Source: an uncultured delta proteobacterium
GTDB taxonomy: Bacteria; Myxococcota_A; Polyangia; Fen-1088
Assembly (NCBI GenBank): GCA_963755125.1
Contig: CAVWIP010000010.1
Location: 352,001-416,000 of the forward strand
Direction: 5' to 3'
DNA: 64,000 nt
This document shows, piece by piece, positions 43,501 to 53,057 of this stretch. The translations under genes were made by a program, and so were the position numbers. Each line of letters begins with the position of its first letter. Within the stretch, counting starts at the first letter, position 1. Under the pieces are notes generated by a model, which searched no databases, had not been told where the DNA came from, and saw nothing but the letters and a program-made list of their open reading frames with translations.

Positions 43501-43915
43501 CCTGGTGGACTTCAAGGAGGCATCCAAGATGCTTCCCGACGCGGCCGAGCCGCTCATCTTCCAGGGGCTCTGCTACGACAAGATGGGACAGCAACCCAAA
43601 GCTGAAACCGCGTGGCGCGATGCAATTCGCGTGGCCCCTGACGCCTCGGAGCCGCACTATCGCCTGGGCCGGCAGGAGATGGACCGCGGCCATCCCACGG
43701 CCGCCATCGATCACTTCCGCAAAGCCATCGCCAAGATGCCGGCGAATGCTTCGTGGGCAAGCGAGCTTTATTTTCAGCTTGGCCAGGCGGAGTTGCTGAC
43801 CGGTTCCAAATCAGGCGCGCTCGCGTCGTTCAAGAAATACCTAGAGCTGGCGGCCCCGGACGCCCCTTCCCGACCCGAGGCGACCAAGCAAGTGGAGCGC
43901 TTGTCGAACAAGTAG
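40532..43915 (+). CDS. Zinc-ribbon / Pro-rich / TM / multi-TPR protein (start uncertain)
   Basis: CPKC...CVYC at the N-terminus, one TM helix, about 700 aa of TPR-like repeats. Confidence 0.85.
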   Translation: MSALKVICPKCARAQEVADEIPAGGTDHVCVYCRTVFKVRPPTSRLTDDLPAAREAVPRPGDLPVSRDAIPRPGDLPVSRDAIPRPGDLPVSRDAIPRPGDLPVSRDAIPRPDDLLQSKGKARPGLLLGPERSSSKTPPLGLALEVSLAPHSPAAGGGPPLALDLDSSPSPESRLGPAPSGLALDLGGPADVAPTPRQAAAGPPKPPPAAMAAKGPGAAAPITGRGGTAPPPIPASARVAPEVAPVPTLAPLTPTGASAPKLAPLAPTGASPPESAAPGSKRASGNVDLGFSLELEGDSGSQAGGAALPFPGARVASEGLAEAAAADHLPALQPVAGRGPLRGGALRPVAKKARIPKWAIAAGVGVVVAGVAAVIFLLPGRRAPKVEEVIGPMAAGLLDDNPAAYQSAENQLAQVITPLQDEGDALRSKAAEITLLDVLVHSEDPSKTARAEQLLQAIKPSQKPVAGLLRAKALLAVAKGKPKEAEPALGNEGGLAENQLVVALARMADGKASAALDPLHRYAAARPKELVAQYVLARASDEAGKPEARSEYEKVLSKNPEHFGAALGLARTAATPEQRLAAAQALVDRKQPAASPNELAQANFLCGQAALELGRSHDAEVTLRKAISLDTRLTSAHLALGESLLYEGRYDEALTTLQAPGAAVEASTAGKFALGGAYLATGKLEQSSKLLTVATKAAPTDPRGAFWDGFAASTRQPPDLVGAGQGYREALKRDPKFLPASLKLAALLQQQNKAQDSLSVLRAAEEAGAPPAILQLAWGDALIVAKEPVKAEEVFRKALQADPKSVQARLGVAAALQAEDKLTEAKAYLEETLKEMPTTLGLRERLAAVCLALGQKDEAMLRYQDELKAGRVTPTLRLALARLALDLGKLELAQSEAKKVADENPRNAEAAYLLARVHETRGELGAALAEYRRALMWEKLPPYNYGYARVLLKVGKEQEAYAALDAASSLPEARMERGREYFRHGELDKALVDFKEASKMLPDAAEPLIFQGLCYDKMGQQPKAETAWRDAIRVAPDASEPHYRLGRQEMDRGHPTAAIDHFRKAIAKMPANASWASELYFQLGQAELLTGSKSGALASFKKYLELAAPDAPSRPEATKQVERLSNK
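40673..40876 (+). repeat. 39-bp coding tandem repeat (GDLPVSRDAIPRP x4 plus degenerate flanks)
   Basis: Near-identical units start at 40712, 40751, 40790 and 40829. Confidence 0.95.
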
Positions 43916-44012
43916 TTGGGGCGTTTTTCGTAACCAGCCACATGCCTCTCATATATGCCCCCAATGCCCGGAGGGAAACAAGAGTGACTCTGAAGCGTTG
44001 CGAGGATAAGAA

Positions 44013-44041
44013 TTGCGCATGCACATATAGATGTGCATACT
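44013..44041 (+). promoter_or_regulatory. TA promoter with an embedded operator palindrome
   Basis: TTGCGC-N17-CATACT; ATGCACAT-ATAG-ATGTGCAT at 44019-44038. Confidence 0.75.
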
Positions 44042-44047
44042 AGGGCC

Positions 44048-44305
44048 ATGGCCAAGACGAAACGCGTGCAGGTGCTCATGGAGCCGAGTGAGTTCGATGC
44101 CCTGGGCCGCGTCGCTCGATCCCGCGGTACCTCTGTTGCCAGTCTGATGCGCGAAGCTGTGTGCGTCCAGTACGCGTGCACAACCGATCGCGCACGCCGG
44201 TCCGTCGCCGTGCAGCAGTTCTTGCGGCTGCCCGATACCCGGTTGCCCGCATGGCGGACACTCAAGAAGGAAATTGGGGAACGTCGTGGCCAGCGTCTTC
44301 CTTGA
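44048..44305 (+). CDS. CopG/RHH-type antitoxin (VapB-like)
   Basis: KRVQVLM...LGRVARSRGTSVASLMREAV; overlaps the PIN gene. Confidence 0.85.
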   Translation: MAKTKRVQVLMEPSEFDALGRVARSRGTSVASLMREAVCVQYACTTDRARRSVAVQQFLRLPDTRLPAWRTLKKEIGERRGQRLP

Positions 44306-44717
44306 CGCCAACGTCTTTCTCTACGCGGTGGGAGGGGAAGGTCCCTACCGACAGCCGTGCCGGGCTCTCCTGCAAGCAGTTGGCGACGGTGGACTCGAAG
44401 CCGTGACCAACACCGAGGTACTGCAGGAAATCCTGCACGTACGCTCTCGACGCCTGAACATCAAGGACGCAGTCGTCGCAGTTCGCTCTGCCAGCGATCT
44501 GGTGCGCGAGGTTCTTCCGGTGAGGCGAGAGGATGTTCTGGAGGCATGCAAACTCCTCGAACGGCACCACGGCCTGGGAGCACGCGATGCCCTTCATGCC
44601 GCCGTCATGAAGAGTGCGTCGGTCCATCTCCTGGTCTCGCTCGACGGCGACTTCGATGTGATTCGGGAAATCAAGCGTTTGAGTCCCACCGACGCGCTCG
44701 CCCTCGCTCGGCCGTGA
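44286..44717 (+). CDS. vapC: VapC PIN-domain toxin
   Basis: FLDANVFLY, EVLQEI, RDALHAA and SLDGDFD motifs. Confidence 0.92.
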   Translation: MASVFLDANVFLYAVGGEGPYRQPCRALLQAVGDGGLEAVTNTEVLQEILHVRSRRLNIKDAVVAVRSASDLVREVLPVRREDVLEACKLLERHHGLGARDALHAAVMKSASVHLLVSLDGDFDVIREIKRLSPTDALALARP

Positions 44718-44762
44718 AGAGCGTGGCGGGTCTGGATTCCATGCGATAAGAAGATCCTTCGC

Positions 44763-46079
44763 ATGAGCTTCTTGGCCTATGTCGAAACCTACGGCTGCCA
44801 GATGAATGTGGCCGACACCGAGATGGTGCTCGGCCTGCTGCAGGGGGCAGGCTATCAGCGGACCCACGATCCGGCGGCGGCCGATGTGATTTTGATCAAC
44901 ACCTGCGCCGTGCGGGAAAGGGCCGTGGAGCGAGTCTGGGGCCGCGCCAGCACGCTGGCCACCTACAAGGTTCGGCGCCCCGACGTGGTTCTCGGCATCA
45001 CTGGCTGCATGGCGGAGCACCTGCGCGGCCAGGTGCGTGCCCGGGCGCCCTTTGTCGACTTGGTCGTGGGGCCAGATGGCTACCGGCGCCTTCTCGCTCA
45101 CATCGAGGAGGCGCGCGCCGGCGCCAAGATCGACGACACGCTCCTCGACCCCGGCGAAACCTACCAGGGCCTGGACCCAGTCCGCGATGCAAATGGAACC
45201 GTGGTCGGTGCCATCGCCGTCCAGCGCGGCTGTGACCGCTTCTGTTCTTTCTGCGTGGTGCCGTACACGCGCGGACGCGAGCGCGGCACCGCAGCAGACG
45301 AGGTGATGCGACGGGCGCGCGCGCTGGTCGCAGCGGGTGGCAAAGAAGTTCGGCTGCTCGGCCAGACGGTGACCTCCTACCGGCACGGCGACGTGGGATT
45401 TGCCAGCCTCCTGCTGGCACTGGCCGGCATCGACGGACTGGAACGGATTCGCTTCATGTCACCCTATCCGCTGGGATTCTCGGACGACGTGATTGCGGCC
45501 ATGGCTGGCTCAGCCAAGATCTGCAAGCACGTGCACCTGCCTTTGCAGTCCGCGTCCGACACGGTGTTGGCGCGCATGAAACGGGGTTACAGCCTGGCCC
45601 AGTACCGCGAGTTGGTGCGCGCCTTGCGCGCGGCCTTGCCTGGCGTCGCCATCACCACGGACCTGCTGGTCGGTTTCTGCGGCGAGAGCGAGGACGAGTT
45701 CGCCGAGACGCTGCAGGCCTTGCAGGAACTGCGCCTCGACAATGCCTTCACCTTCGCCTATTCCGAACGACCAGAAACCCTGGCGGCGCGGACCATGGCC
45801 GACGATGTTCCTGCCGAGGTGAAGCAGCGACGCTTGGCCCAGGTGATCGATGTGCAACGGCGAATCACCGGCGAGAGCCACGCGACCCAGGTGGGGCGGT
45901 GCGAGCGGGTTCTGCTGGAGGCGCCCTCGCGTCGCTCCCCCGACGAGTTGCTGGGCCGCACCGATGGCTTTCGCTCGGTGATCGTGCCGGCGGGAGCGAG
46001 GGCCAAGCCGGGCGCTCTGGTGGACGTGAGAATCGAGCGCGCCAATCCGGCGACACTCTTTGGGAGCATCGTGGAATGA
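44763..46079 (+). CDS. miaB: tRNA-2-methylthio-N6-dimethylallyladenosine synthase
   Basis: TYGCQMN, NTCAVRE, CDRFCSFC (radical SAM) and a TRAM domain. Confidence 0.93.
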   Translation: MSFLAYVETYGCQMNVADTEMVLGLLQGAGYQRTHDPAAADVILINTCAVRERAVERVWGRASTLATYKVRRPDVVLGITGCMAEHLRGQVRARAPFVDLVVGPDGYRRLLAHIEEARAGAKIDDTLLDPGETYQGLDPVRDANGTVVGAIAVQRGCDRFCSFCVVPYTRGRERGTAADEVMRRARALVAAGGKEVRLLGQTVTSYRHGDVGFASLLLALAGIDGLERIRFMSPYPLGFSDDVIAAMAGSAKICKHVHLPLQSASDTVLARMKRGYSLAQYRELVRALRAALPGVAITTDLLVGFCGESEDEFAETLQALQELRLDNAFTFAYSERPETLAARTMADDVPAEVKQRRLAQVIDVQRRITGESHATQVGRCERVLLEAPSRRSPDELLGRTDGFRSVIVPAGARAKPGALVDVRIERANPATLFGSIVE

Positions 46080-46570
46080 GCCAGGCGCGCATCGCGGTCA
46101 GCTTCGTCTGCACTGGCAACATCTGCCGCTCCCCCACCGCCGAGGCGGTCATGCGCCACCTCGTGCGCCAGGCTGGTCTTGACGGCGCGATCGACATCGA
46201 CAGCGCGGGCACCGGTTCCTGGCACGTGGGCGAGGCGCGCGATGAGCGCAGCCGGTCGGTGGGACTGCGACGGGGCATGCCCCTTGCCGGTAGAGCGCGC
46301 CAGTTCCAGCGCTCGGACTTCGCGCGTTTCGACTACGTGCTGGCGCTCGACCGCGAGAATCTCGCCGATTTGCTCAAGCTGGCCCCCGACGCCAATGCGC
46401 GCGCCAAGCTGCACCTGCTGCGCGAATTCGACCCGACCTCACCGCCCGGTACCGACGTGCCCGATCCCTACTACGGCGGCATCGACGGTTTCGAGCGCGT
46501 CTTCGAAATCTGCGAGACGGCCTGCCGTGGCCTGCTCGAACATTTGCGTCGTACCCACGGGCTTGGGTGA
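46076..46570 (+). CDS. Low-molecular-weight protein-tyrosine phosphatase
   Basis: VCTGNICRSP and DPYYG motifs. Confidence 0.95.
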   Translation: MSQARIAVSFVCTGNICRSPTAEAVMRHLVRQAGLDGAIDIDSAGTGSWHVGEARDERSRSVGLRRGMPLAGRARQFQRSDFARFDYVLALDRENLADLLKLAPDANARAKLHLLREFDPTSPPGTDVPDPYYGGIDGFERVFEICETACRGLLEHLRRTHGLG

Positions 46571-47424
46571 TGGCCGGGCGAAAACTGGAGGAGGCGGTAA
46601 CGCGTGCCATGGGCAGCGTTGTGCGGTCGTCGTGCGCGGTGTCCGGTGGCGACATCAACAGCGCGCACGAGATGACGTTGGCCGATGGGCGGGTGGTGTT
46701 CGTGAAAAGCAATTCCGTCGCGCATCCGACCATGTTTGCGGCCGAGGCGCGCGGCCTGGCCTGGCTGGCGCAGGCCCGCGCGTTGCGGGTTCCCGAGGTG
46801 CTGGCGGTGGGCGAGACGTTCCTAGTGCTTGAACGCATCTCACCCGCGCGACGCCGACCCGATTTCGACGAAAGGCTGGGCCGCGATCTGGCGGCCCTGC
46901 ACCGCTTCGGGGCGCCGGGCTTCGGCCTCGATCGCGACAACTTCATCGGGCGCCTGCCCCAGGCCAACGCAACCGCGCCGAGCTGGCCGGAGTTCTACCG
47001 CAGCCGCAGACTGGAACCGCAGCTTGCTCTGGCGCGCGACGCCGGCCTGTGCAGTTCGGCCATGGCCCGCGGATTCGACCGCCTCTTCACCGTGCTGGAC
47101 GAACGGGTGGGCCCGGCCGAGCCCCCGGCCCGTCTGCACGGCGATCTGTGGAGCGGCAATGTGATCGGGGACGAAACCGGCGTGGCTTGCCTGATCGATC
47201 CAGCCGTGTACGGCGGCCACCGCGAGGTCGACTTGGCCATGATGCGCCTCTTCGGCGGCTTCGGACACCACGTGTTCGCCGCCTATGAAGAGGCCTGGCC
47301 GCTCTCTCCCGGTCACGAAGACCGCGTGCCGCTCTATCAACTCTACTTTCTCATGGTTCACGTCAATCTTTTCGGCGGGCCGTATGTGTCGCAAGCCGAG
47401 CACGCTCTTCTTGCCATGGCGTAG
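46570..47424 (+). CDS. Fructosamine kinase family protein
   Basis: GGDIN, FVK, LHGDLWSGN and IDPAVYGGHREVDLAM motifs. Confidence 0.94.
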   Translation: MAGRKLEEAVTRAMGSVVRSSCAVSGGDINSAHEMTLADGRVVFVKSNSVAHPTMFAAEARGLAWLAQARALRVPEVLAVGETFLVLERISPARRRPDFDERLGRDLAALHRFGAPGFGLDRDNFIGRLPQANATAPSWPEFYRSRRLEPQLALARDAGLCSSAMARGFDRLFTVLDERVGPAEPPARLHGDLWSGNVIGDETGVACLIDPAVYGGHREVDLAMMRLFGGFGHHVFAAYEEAWPLSPGHEDRVPLYQLYFLMVHVNLFGGPYVSQAEHALLAMA

Positions 47425-47481
47425 TCGTACCTCCCGATCCTTTCACGGCCTTCACCGCAAGCTATTGCCCGGACAGGTACC

Positions 47482-49101
47482 CTACAGTGGCGGGACCAGG
47501 GATCCGGCCGCGGCGGGCAACGGCGCTGCCAAGGCGAAGATGATGTGGCTGCCGGTTTCCTCGACCACGGGATAGTGCTCGAAGAGGTAGCGCGCCACCG
47601 GCAGACGGCCGAACACCACGCGGTCGAACACGATGCCGTTGTACTTGGGTCCGTCGTAGCCGAGCGGCGCCACATAGTAGCTCGCGCCCTCGCGGCGCAA
47701 AGTCTCCAGCTTGCGCGGGGCCAGTTCGGGCGCCAGGCCGAGATCGTCGACGGTGAGCAGGCGCGCCTTGCGATGGGCGTAGTAGGTCAACATGCGCGCG
47801 ACGGCATCGCGGCTGCCCGAGATGAAGACGGCATCAGCAGGCAAGCGCCGGTCCACCGCCAGGCCCGCGTCCATCACCGTCCAGCACCAGGTGCCACGCC
47901 AGAAGCGCGAGTCCTGATCATTCTCACGCTGGACGACCTGGTTCCACAGCAGACAGTACAGGGCGAAGACGGCCAGCGCCGGGCGGTGAATCACGGCCGC
48001 GTAGCGCTCGGTCAACCAGGCGGTCGCGATGCCCAGCAGGCAGGCGACGATGGGCACGCTGGGCGCCTGGTAATAGAGATGGCCGCTCATCTGGCCGGCC
48101 ATGAACCAGTAGGCGATCCAGCCTGCGCCCCAGGCCAGGAGCAACTGAGGCAGGCCGCGCGCGCGCGCGTCCGCGTTTCGCCGCGCCACCCGCAACCCGA
48201 GCACACACAGCAGCGCTCCCAGCGGCGTGATGATGCACCACACATATCGGCGAACGAGCAGGCTGACCATGTGCCACGCGTAGCTGCCGCTGGTGAAGAG
48301 CCGCACCAGGTTGTTCACCGGCATGGTGTCGCCGCCCTGGCCGATCCAAGAGCCGCGCAGCTCGTAGAAGTAGACCGACGGGAACAGCACGGCGAAGCCG
48401 AAGAGCCACGTCGGCCAGTTCCACAGCGCGCGCCAGCGCAGCCGGCGCCAGATCAGGTACGCGATGGGAATGCCGATGAAAGCGTGGCTAACCTTGAGCA
48501 GGATCAAAATGGCAAACGCGGGCGCGGCCAGTGCGAATTGCCCCCACGCGCCCCGCCCGGCCAGGCTCCAGCGCCAGACCCGGTATAGGCCGAAACAGGC
48601 CAGCGCCATCAGCGTCGGCTCGCTCAGGAAGAGCTGATCGAAAAATCGATTGTAAGGCAGGAGCGCATACCAGCACGCCGCGAGCAGTCCGGCCCGCTCC
48701 GACCAGCCCTGGCCGACCAGGCGGAAAAGAAGGTAGATGGTGGCGAGAGCCATGAGGACGCTCCACAGGCGCCCAAGTAGCGCGATCTGCCGGTAGTAGC
48801 GCTCCGCAGCGACGACGTCACCACGCGCGGGTGCGTGCGCCAGGCCGACCAGTTCCAGCGCCCGGTAGCCGGTGTGGACGATGAGCGGCAGGATCTGACA
48901 TTCGACCACCACGTGGTCCTCGGTGATCTGGATGGGCAGATTCCAGAACGTGTTGGTGCCCTCCAGAAACAGGCGCGCGGGCAGCGCGTTCTGCACCTCT
49001 CGGTTGGAAAAGTACTCGACGAACGGCGTACCCAGCAGGTCAGCGCGCAGCAGGAAACCCAGGGCGAGAATCAGTCCGATGAACAGTCGGCGCCGAGGCA
49101 T
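47482..49101 (-). CDS. ArnT/PMT-like (GT-C) membrane glycosyltransferase
   Basis: Multiple TM helices, GRLWS...ERAGLLAA...LSEP pattern, C-terminal soluble domain. Confidence 0.78.
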   Translation of the reverse strand: MPRRRLFIGLILALGFLLRADLLGTPFVEYFSNREVQNALPARLFLEGTNTFWNLPIQITEDHVVVECQILPLIVHTGYRALELVGLAHAPARGDVVAAERYYRQIALLGRLWSVLMALATIYLLFRLVGQGWSERAGLLAACWYALLPYNRFFDQLFLSEPTLMALACFGLYRVWRWSLAGRGAWGQFALAAPAFAILILLKVSHAFIGIPIAYLIWRRLRWRALWNWPTWLFGFAVLFPSVYFYELRGSWIGQGGDTMPVNNLVRLFTSGSYAWHMVSLLVRRYVWCIITPLGALLCVLGLRVARRNADARARGLPQLLLAWGAGWIAYWFMAGQMSGHLYYQAPSVPIVACLLGIATAWLTERYAAVIHRPALAVFALYCLLWNQVVQRENDQDSRFWRGTWCWTVMDAGLAVDRRLPADAVFISGSRDAVARMLTYYAHRKARLLTVDDLGLAPELAPRKLETLRREGASYYVAPLGYDGPKYNGIVFDRVVFGRLPVARYLFEHYPVVEETGSHIIFALAAPLPAAAGSLVPPL

Positions 49102-49254
49102 GGGGGCATGATGCGCCGGCGACCGTGGCCCTGTCCACATCTGCCCGAGCCATCCGCTCTCCCGGCGGTGTATGGTATCTGCAATGCTGATTTCGCCGCG
49201 CACCGGAATGGGCGTCCGACGTGGCACGCGCCTGCCCTCTCAGTCCGTGCTGCA

Positions 49255-50337
49255 ATGACCGTCGGTGTCGGCAAAGCTCCAGGGGCCGCAGCCGTGGTTG
49301 CGGTCGAATATGCCGGGCGCGACGTGCGCGCGGCCGTGCGGCGCGCCCTGGAGGCCGCGGACTGGACCCACGCAATCCCGGCGGGAGCAGACGTCTGCCT
49401 CAAAGTCAACCTGGGCTGGGATCTCTTCATCCCGGGCTCCATCACCTCGCCTCTGGTGGTGGAATCCCTCATCGAGGCCATTCGCCCGCATGTCGGCAAG
49501 CTCTACGTGGTCGAGGCCGATCAGGTTCTGGAGGACATCGAGCGAGCCTTCCGGTCGAGCGGCATGGCCGAGGTTTGCCGACGCACGGGCGCCACCTGGC
49601 TGAACCTGTCGCGCGAGCGGACCGTCCCCATGCACAGATCCGACAACGTGGTGCTCAAGCGCATCGACGTGCCCTGGGTGCTGCGCGAAGCTTTGCTCAT
49701 CACGGTTCCGGTGATGAAGACGCACGCCAAGACCGGCCTCACCGGTGCGCTGAAGAACCAGTGGGGGTGTCTCAGCAAGCTGCGACACGAGTATCATCTG
49801 GTGCTGGACCAGGCGCTTGCCGATGTGAACAGTGTCTTGCGCCCTGCTCTCGCGCTCATGGACGCCACCATCGGCCTGGAGGGCAACGGGCCCAAGTCGG
49901 GCCGGCCCCGGGTGGCCGACCGCATCCTGTGCTCGGCCGATCCGGTCGCGCTCGACACTGTCCAGGCCGTCATCATGGGTCTCGATCCCGCCTCCGTCTC
50001 GCACCTGGCGGCGTGCGCAGCGCGGGGCATCGGAACCAATGATCGGACGGCCATCGAGGTACGCTCGTCGGAGCCGCTGCCTCCCCTTGCGCCCTTTGCG
50101 CCTGCGCGCCACAACCTGGTCTCGAGGGTGGAGACCTTCCTGCGCCGCTCCCCGGTCAAGCGCCTGGTATTCAACACGCCGCTGCTCCGGCTGCCCTTGT
50201 TGGGGGCGAAGATGTACTACCGTGCGTGGGCTCGACGCTACGCGGGCTTGGCCTGGGATGCGGCCGCAGCACACCCTGTATATGGCCCGCAGTGGCGGGC
50301 ACTGGTCCGTCCCTGGCCAATCCGGGCGGCTCGATAG
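49255..50337 (+). CDS. DUF362 domain protein
   Basis: LKVNL, PVMKTH, TGALKNQWG, EGNGP and DPVALD motifs. Confidence 0.88.
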   Translation: MTVGVGKAPGAAAVVAVEYAGRDVRAAVRRALEAADWTHAIPAGADVCLKVNLGWDLFIPGSITSPLVVESLIEAIRPHVGKLYVVEADQVLEDIERAFRSSGMAEVCRRTGATWLNLSRERTVPMHRSDNVVLKRIDVPWVLREALLITVPVMKTHAKTGLTGALKNQWGCLSKLRHEYHLVLDQALADVNSVLRPALALMDATIGLEGNGPKSGRPRVADRILCSADPVALDTVQAVIMGLDPASVSHLAACAARGIGTNDRTAIEVRSSEPLPPLAPFAPARHNLVSRVETFLRRSPVKRLVFNTPLLRLPLLGAKMYYRAWARRYAGLAWDAAAAHPVYGPQWRALVRPWPIRAAR

Positions 50338-50352
50338 AGCGAGACCGAGCGC

Positions 50353-51702
50353 ATGTCGAAAGAAAGCATCGTGATCCTGGGAGGTGGGATGGCCGGAATG
50401 GCGGCCGCGTACGCCCTGGCCCGCAACGGCCGGAGCGTCACCGTGGTCGAGGCCGGTCCCCAGCTCGGCGGACTGGCGGGAAGCTTTCACCGCGACGGGC
50501 ACTCGTTCCCGCTGGGGTATCACCACATCCTATATCGTGACCGCCATCTGTTGTTCTTCCTGGATGTCATCGGAGCTCTGGAATCGGTTCGCTGGCGCCG
50601 CGTGCGCATGTTGTTCTGCACGGGCGGGCGTTGCTACGATCTGGCGTGTGTCTCCGACTTCTTACGGTTTCCCATGGGCCTGGCGGACAAGGCGCGTTTC
50701 GTCGGTCTGATGGTGCGCGCCTTCCGCAAGCGGAACTGGACCGACTGGAATGGCCGCAGCGCCCAGGATCTGGTGGACGGTTGGGCCACGGCAGGCGTGC
50801 GGCGCGCGCTGTTCGAGCCGCTCACACGCATCAAGTTCGGCCTTCCCTGTTGCGAAGTCAGCGGGGCATGGCTCGGGGCTCGCCTGCACCATCGCGAAGG
50901 CTCGGCCCCCCTGGGTTACATTCCGGGCACCAACTGGACCGAAGTGCTGTGCGCGGGACTGGCTGGCCGCCTGAGCAGCCTCGGTGTCCGTCTGGTCACC
51001 AGCGCCAGGGTCGCCGGGTTTCGCACGGGCGGCGGCGTGGTCAGCGAGGTGCAGACCGAGGCGGGTGACTGGATCGGGGGTGACGTCTTCGTCAGCACGA
51101 TTCCCACGGAGATCCTGATTGCGCTGCTGCCGGAAGAGGACTCGCCCGGCATCCGCGAGGTGGAATACACGGCCCTGTCCTCCGTGATCTGCGCCGCCCC
51201 CAAGCGACGCCTGCCAGACTTCTACTGGATGAATCTGCTGTCGCCCGATCGCACGGCCAGTGGATTGTTCATGCTCGACTCGCTCAACCCCACCATCGGC
51301 GAAAGGGGCGAGTCCTACGTGAACTTCGTCACCCACACCCGTTCGCGGACGATGCCCTTCTTCAGCCAGTTGCCCGAGGACGAACTCTGCGCCCTCACCC
51401 TGGCCGACTTCCGCGAAGTGTTCGGCGAAGACCTGAGTCCACGCTGGACCCAGGTCAATCGGTTGCCCATGTACTCGCCGGTGTTCTTGCGGGACTATCG
51501 CAATCCAGGCCTGCACAGCACCCGCTTCAGGAACCTGTACTTCGCCGGCAACTTCTGCACCTTCCCGTCGGTGGCGTCCACCGGCACGGCGCTTCACTCT
51601 GGGCTGGAAGCCGCGCGCCTCCTGTTGAACGGTGGCGCCAGGCAGGATGACATCGCCGAGGCCGCACAGCGATTCCGACCGCCCCCCATGCGCTTCGATT
51701 AG
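50353..51702 (+). CDS. FAD-dependent oxidoreductase (amine oxidase / protoporphyrinogen oxidase fold)
   Basis: ILGGGMAG, E...LGGLAG, YHH and NLYFAG motifs. Confidence 0.88.
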   Translation: MSKESIVILGGGMAGMAAAYALARNGRSVTVVEAGPQLGGLAGSFHRDGHSFPLGYHHILYRDRHLLFFLDVIGALESVRWRRVRMLFCTGGRCYDLACVSDFLRFPMGLADKARFVGLMVRAFRKRNWTDWNGRSAQDLVDGWATAGVRRALFEPLTRIKFGLPCCEVSGAWLGARLHHREGSAPLGYIPGTNWTEVLCAGLAGRLSSLGVRLVTSARVAGFRTGGGVVSEVQTEAGDWIGGDVFVSTIPTEILIALLPEEDSPGIREVEYTALSSVICAAPKRRLPDFYWMNLLSPDRTASGLFMLDSLNPTIGERGESYVNFVTHTRSRTMPFFSQLPEDELCALTLADFREVFGEDLSPRWTQVNRLPMYSPVFLRDYRNPGLHSTRFRNLYFAGNFCTFPSVASTGTALHSGLEAARLLLNGGARQDDIAEAAQRFRPPPMRFD

Positions 51703-51971
51703 GGTGCTGCCGCCGCAACCCGAGCCCGGACAATGTTTGCCTGACCGCTTCTGGCGAAGTGATCCCAGCCAGAGCCATGCCCTCGACCTGACGGTTGACG
51801 AAAACTCGCAGCGCGTTTGGCGCGCCAAGGGCTTCCCGATCACCGCGACACGCGTCCTGCGCGATCGCGACCCGGTTCTGGCCGATGAGAGCGATCTCAT
51901 CCTGCGAGCCGTGGAGGTTCGCGATTTTACTCCGCCCGGCCGCTGATGATCGCGGGTATAAGGATCTCGTC

Positions 51972-53003
51972 ATGCCCCGGCGGCGGAAGCACGCCTTCAG
52001 CTACCACGCAGGTGTCACCCTGGATGGCACTCCGCTTACCTGCGATGCTGTGGGGTTTGCCACCGATCTGGTTTTTCTCTCGCACGCACAGGCGCTGGCG
52101 CCTGGGTCATCGTTCAGGCTATCGCCGCGCCGGGCGGGGCGACGCCAACTGCTGGCCACCGAGGGCACGCTGGTGTTGCTGGGCGCAGCGGGAGAACGCC
52201 TGCGCGCGCGCACCTTGCCGGCCGGCTTCGGACGGCCATTCAACCTGGGCGATCTGCGCCTTGCGCTGGTGCCTTCGGGGTACTTGCCGGGCGCGGCCTC
52301 CTTGCTCTGCGAGGCACGGGGCCGCCGACTGCTCTACGCCGGAACCATCTGCCGTGAGCGAGCCTTTGCCAGCTTGTGCCCCGCGCAGGTGCGGTCCGCA
52401 GACGCCGTGTGCCTCGACGCCACTTTCGGAGATCCGCGTTTCGTCTTTCCACCACGCGAGGAAGCCGAGGCGGCACTGCGGCACTTCGTCGAGGTGGCAT
52501 TGGCCACACGGCGCGCTCCGGTTTTGCTGGTGTCCCCGTTCGGCCCGGCGCCGGCAACCGCGGAAGCGCTACACGCCGCCGGCATCGCTGTGCGCGCGTA
52601 TGGCACCATCGTGAAGGTGCTGGCCCGCTTTCGTCAGGCGGGCGCTTCCTTGCCGCCACTTCGTCGCTTTGCGGGGAAGCTGGGCCCCAACGAGGTATTG
52701 CTCTGGCCACCGGAAGCGCGCGAGGCCCCGGCACTTGGCGCGCTTGACTCTCCGGTTTTTGCTTTCGTTTCTGGCTTCAGCGTCGAGCGCACGGCAGTCG
52801 ATTGCATGCGCGCTGATCAGGGCATTGCCCTGTCCAACCAGGCGGGATTCGCAGATCTGGTCGCGTATCTCGAAGCGACCGGGGCGCACGAAGTCGCGCT
52901 ACACCGGGGATTCGCGGAAACCTTCGCGGCGATCCTGCGCCAGCGCGGCTACGACGCATACGCCATCGACCCTCCGCGCCAGATGGAGCTGTTTCGAGGC
53001 TAA
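51972..53003 (+). CDS. Degenerate MBL/beta-CASP-like protein (ligase-associated exonuclease-like)
   Basis: FLSHAQ, SGYLPGA, DATFGDPRFVFP and LSNQAGF echo beta-CASP motifs with the His/Asp ligands replaced. Confidence 0.75.
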   Translation: MPRRRKHAFSYHAGVTLDGTPLTCDAVGFATDLVFLSHAQALAPGSSFRLSPRRAGRRQLLATEGTLVLLGAAGERLRARTLPAGFGRPFNLGDLRLALVPSGYLPGAASLLCEARGRRLLYAGTICRERAFASLCPAQVRSADAVCLDATFGDPRFVFPPREEAEAALRHFVEVALATRRAPVLLVSPFGPAPATAEALHAAGIAVRAYGTIVKVLARFRQAGASLPPLRRFAGKLGPNEVLLWPPEAREAPALGALDSPVFAFVSGFSVERTAVDCMRADQGIALSNQAGFADLVAYLEATGAHEVALHRGFAETFAAILRQRGYDAYAIDPPRQMELFRG

Positions 53004-53057
53004 CCTGCTTCGCTCCACGGTGGAAGTGCGCGTGATTCCGATCTAGAAAGAACCACC

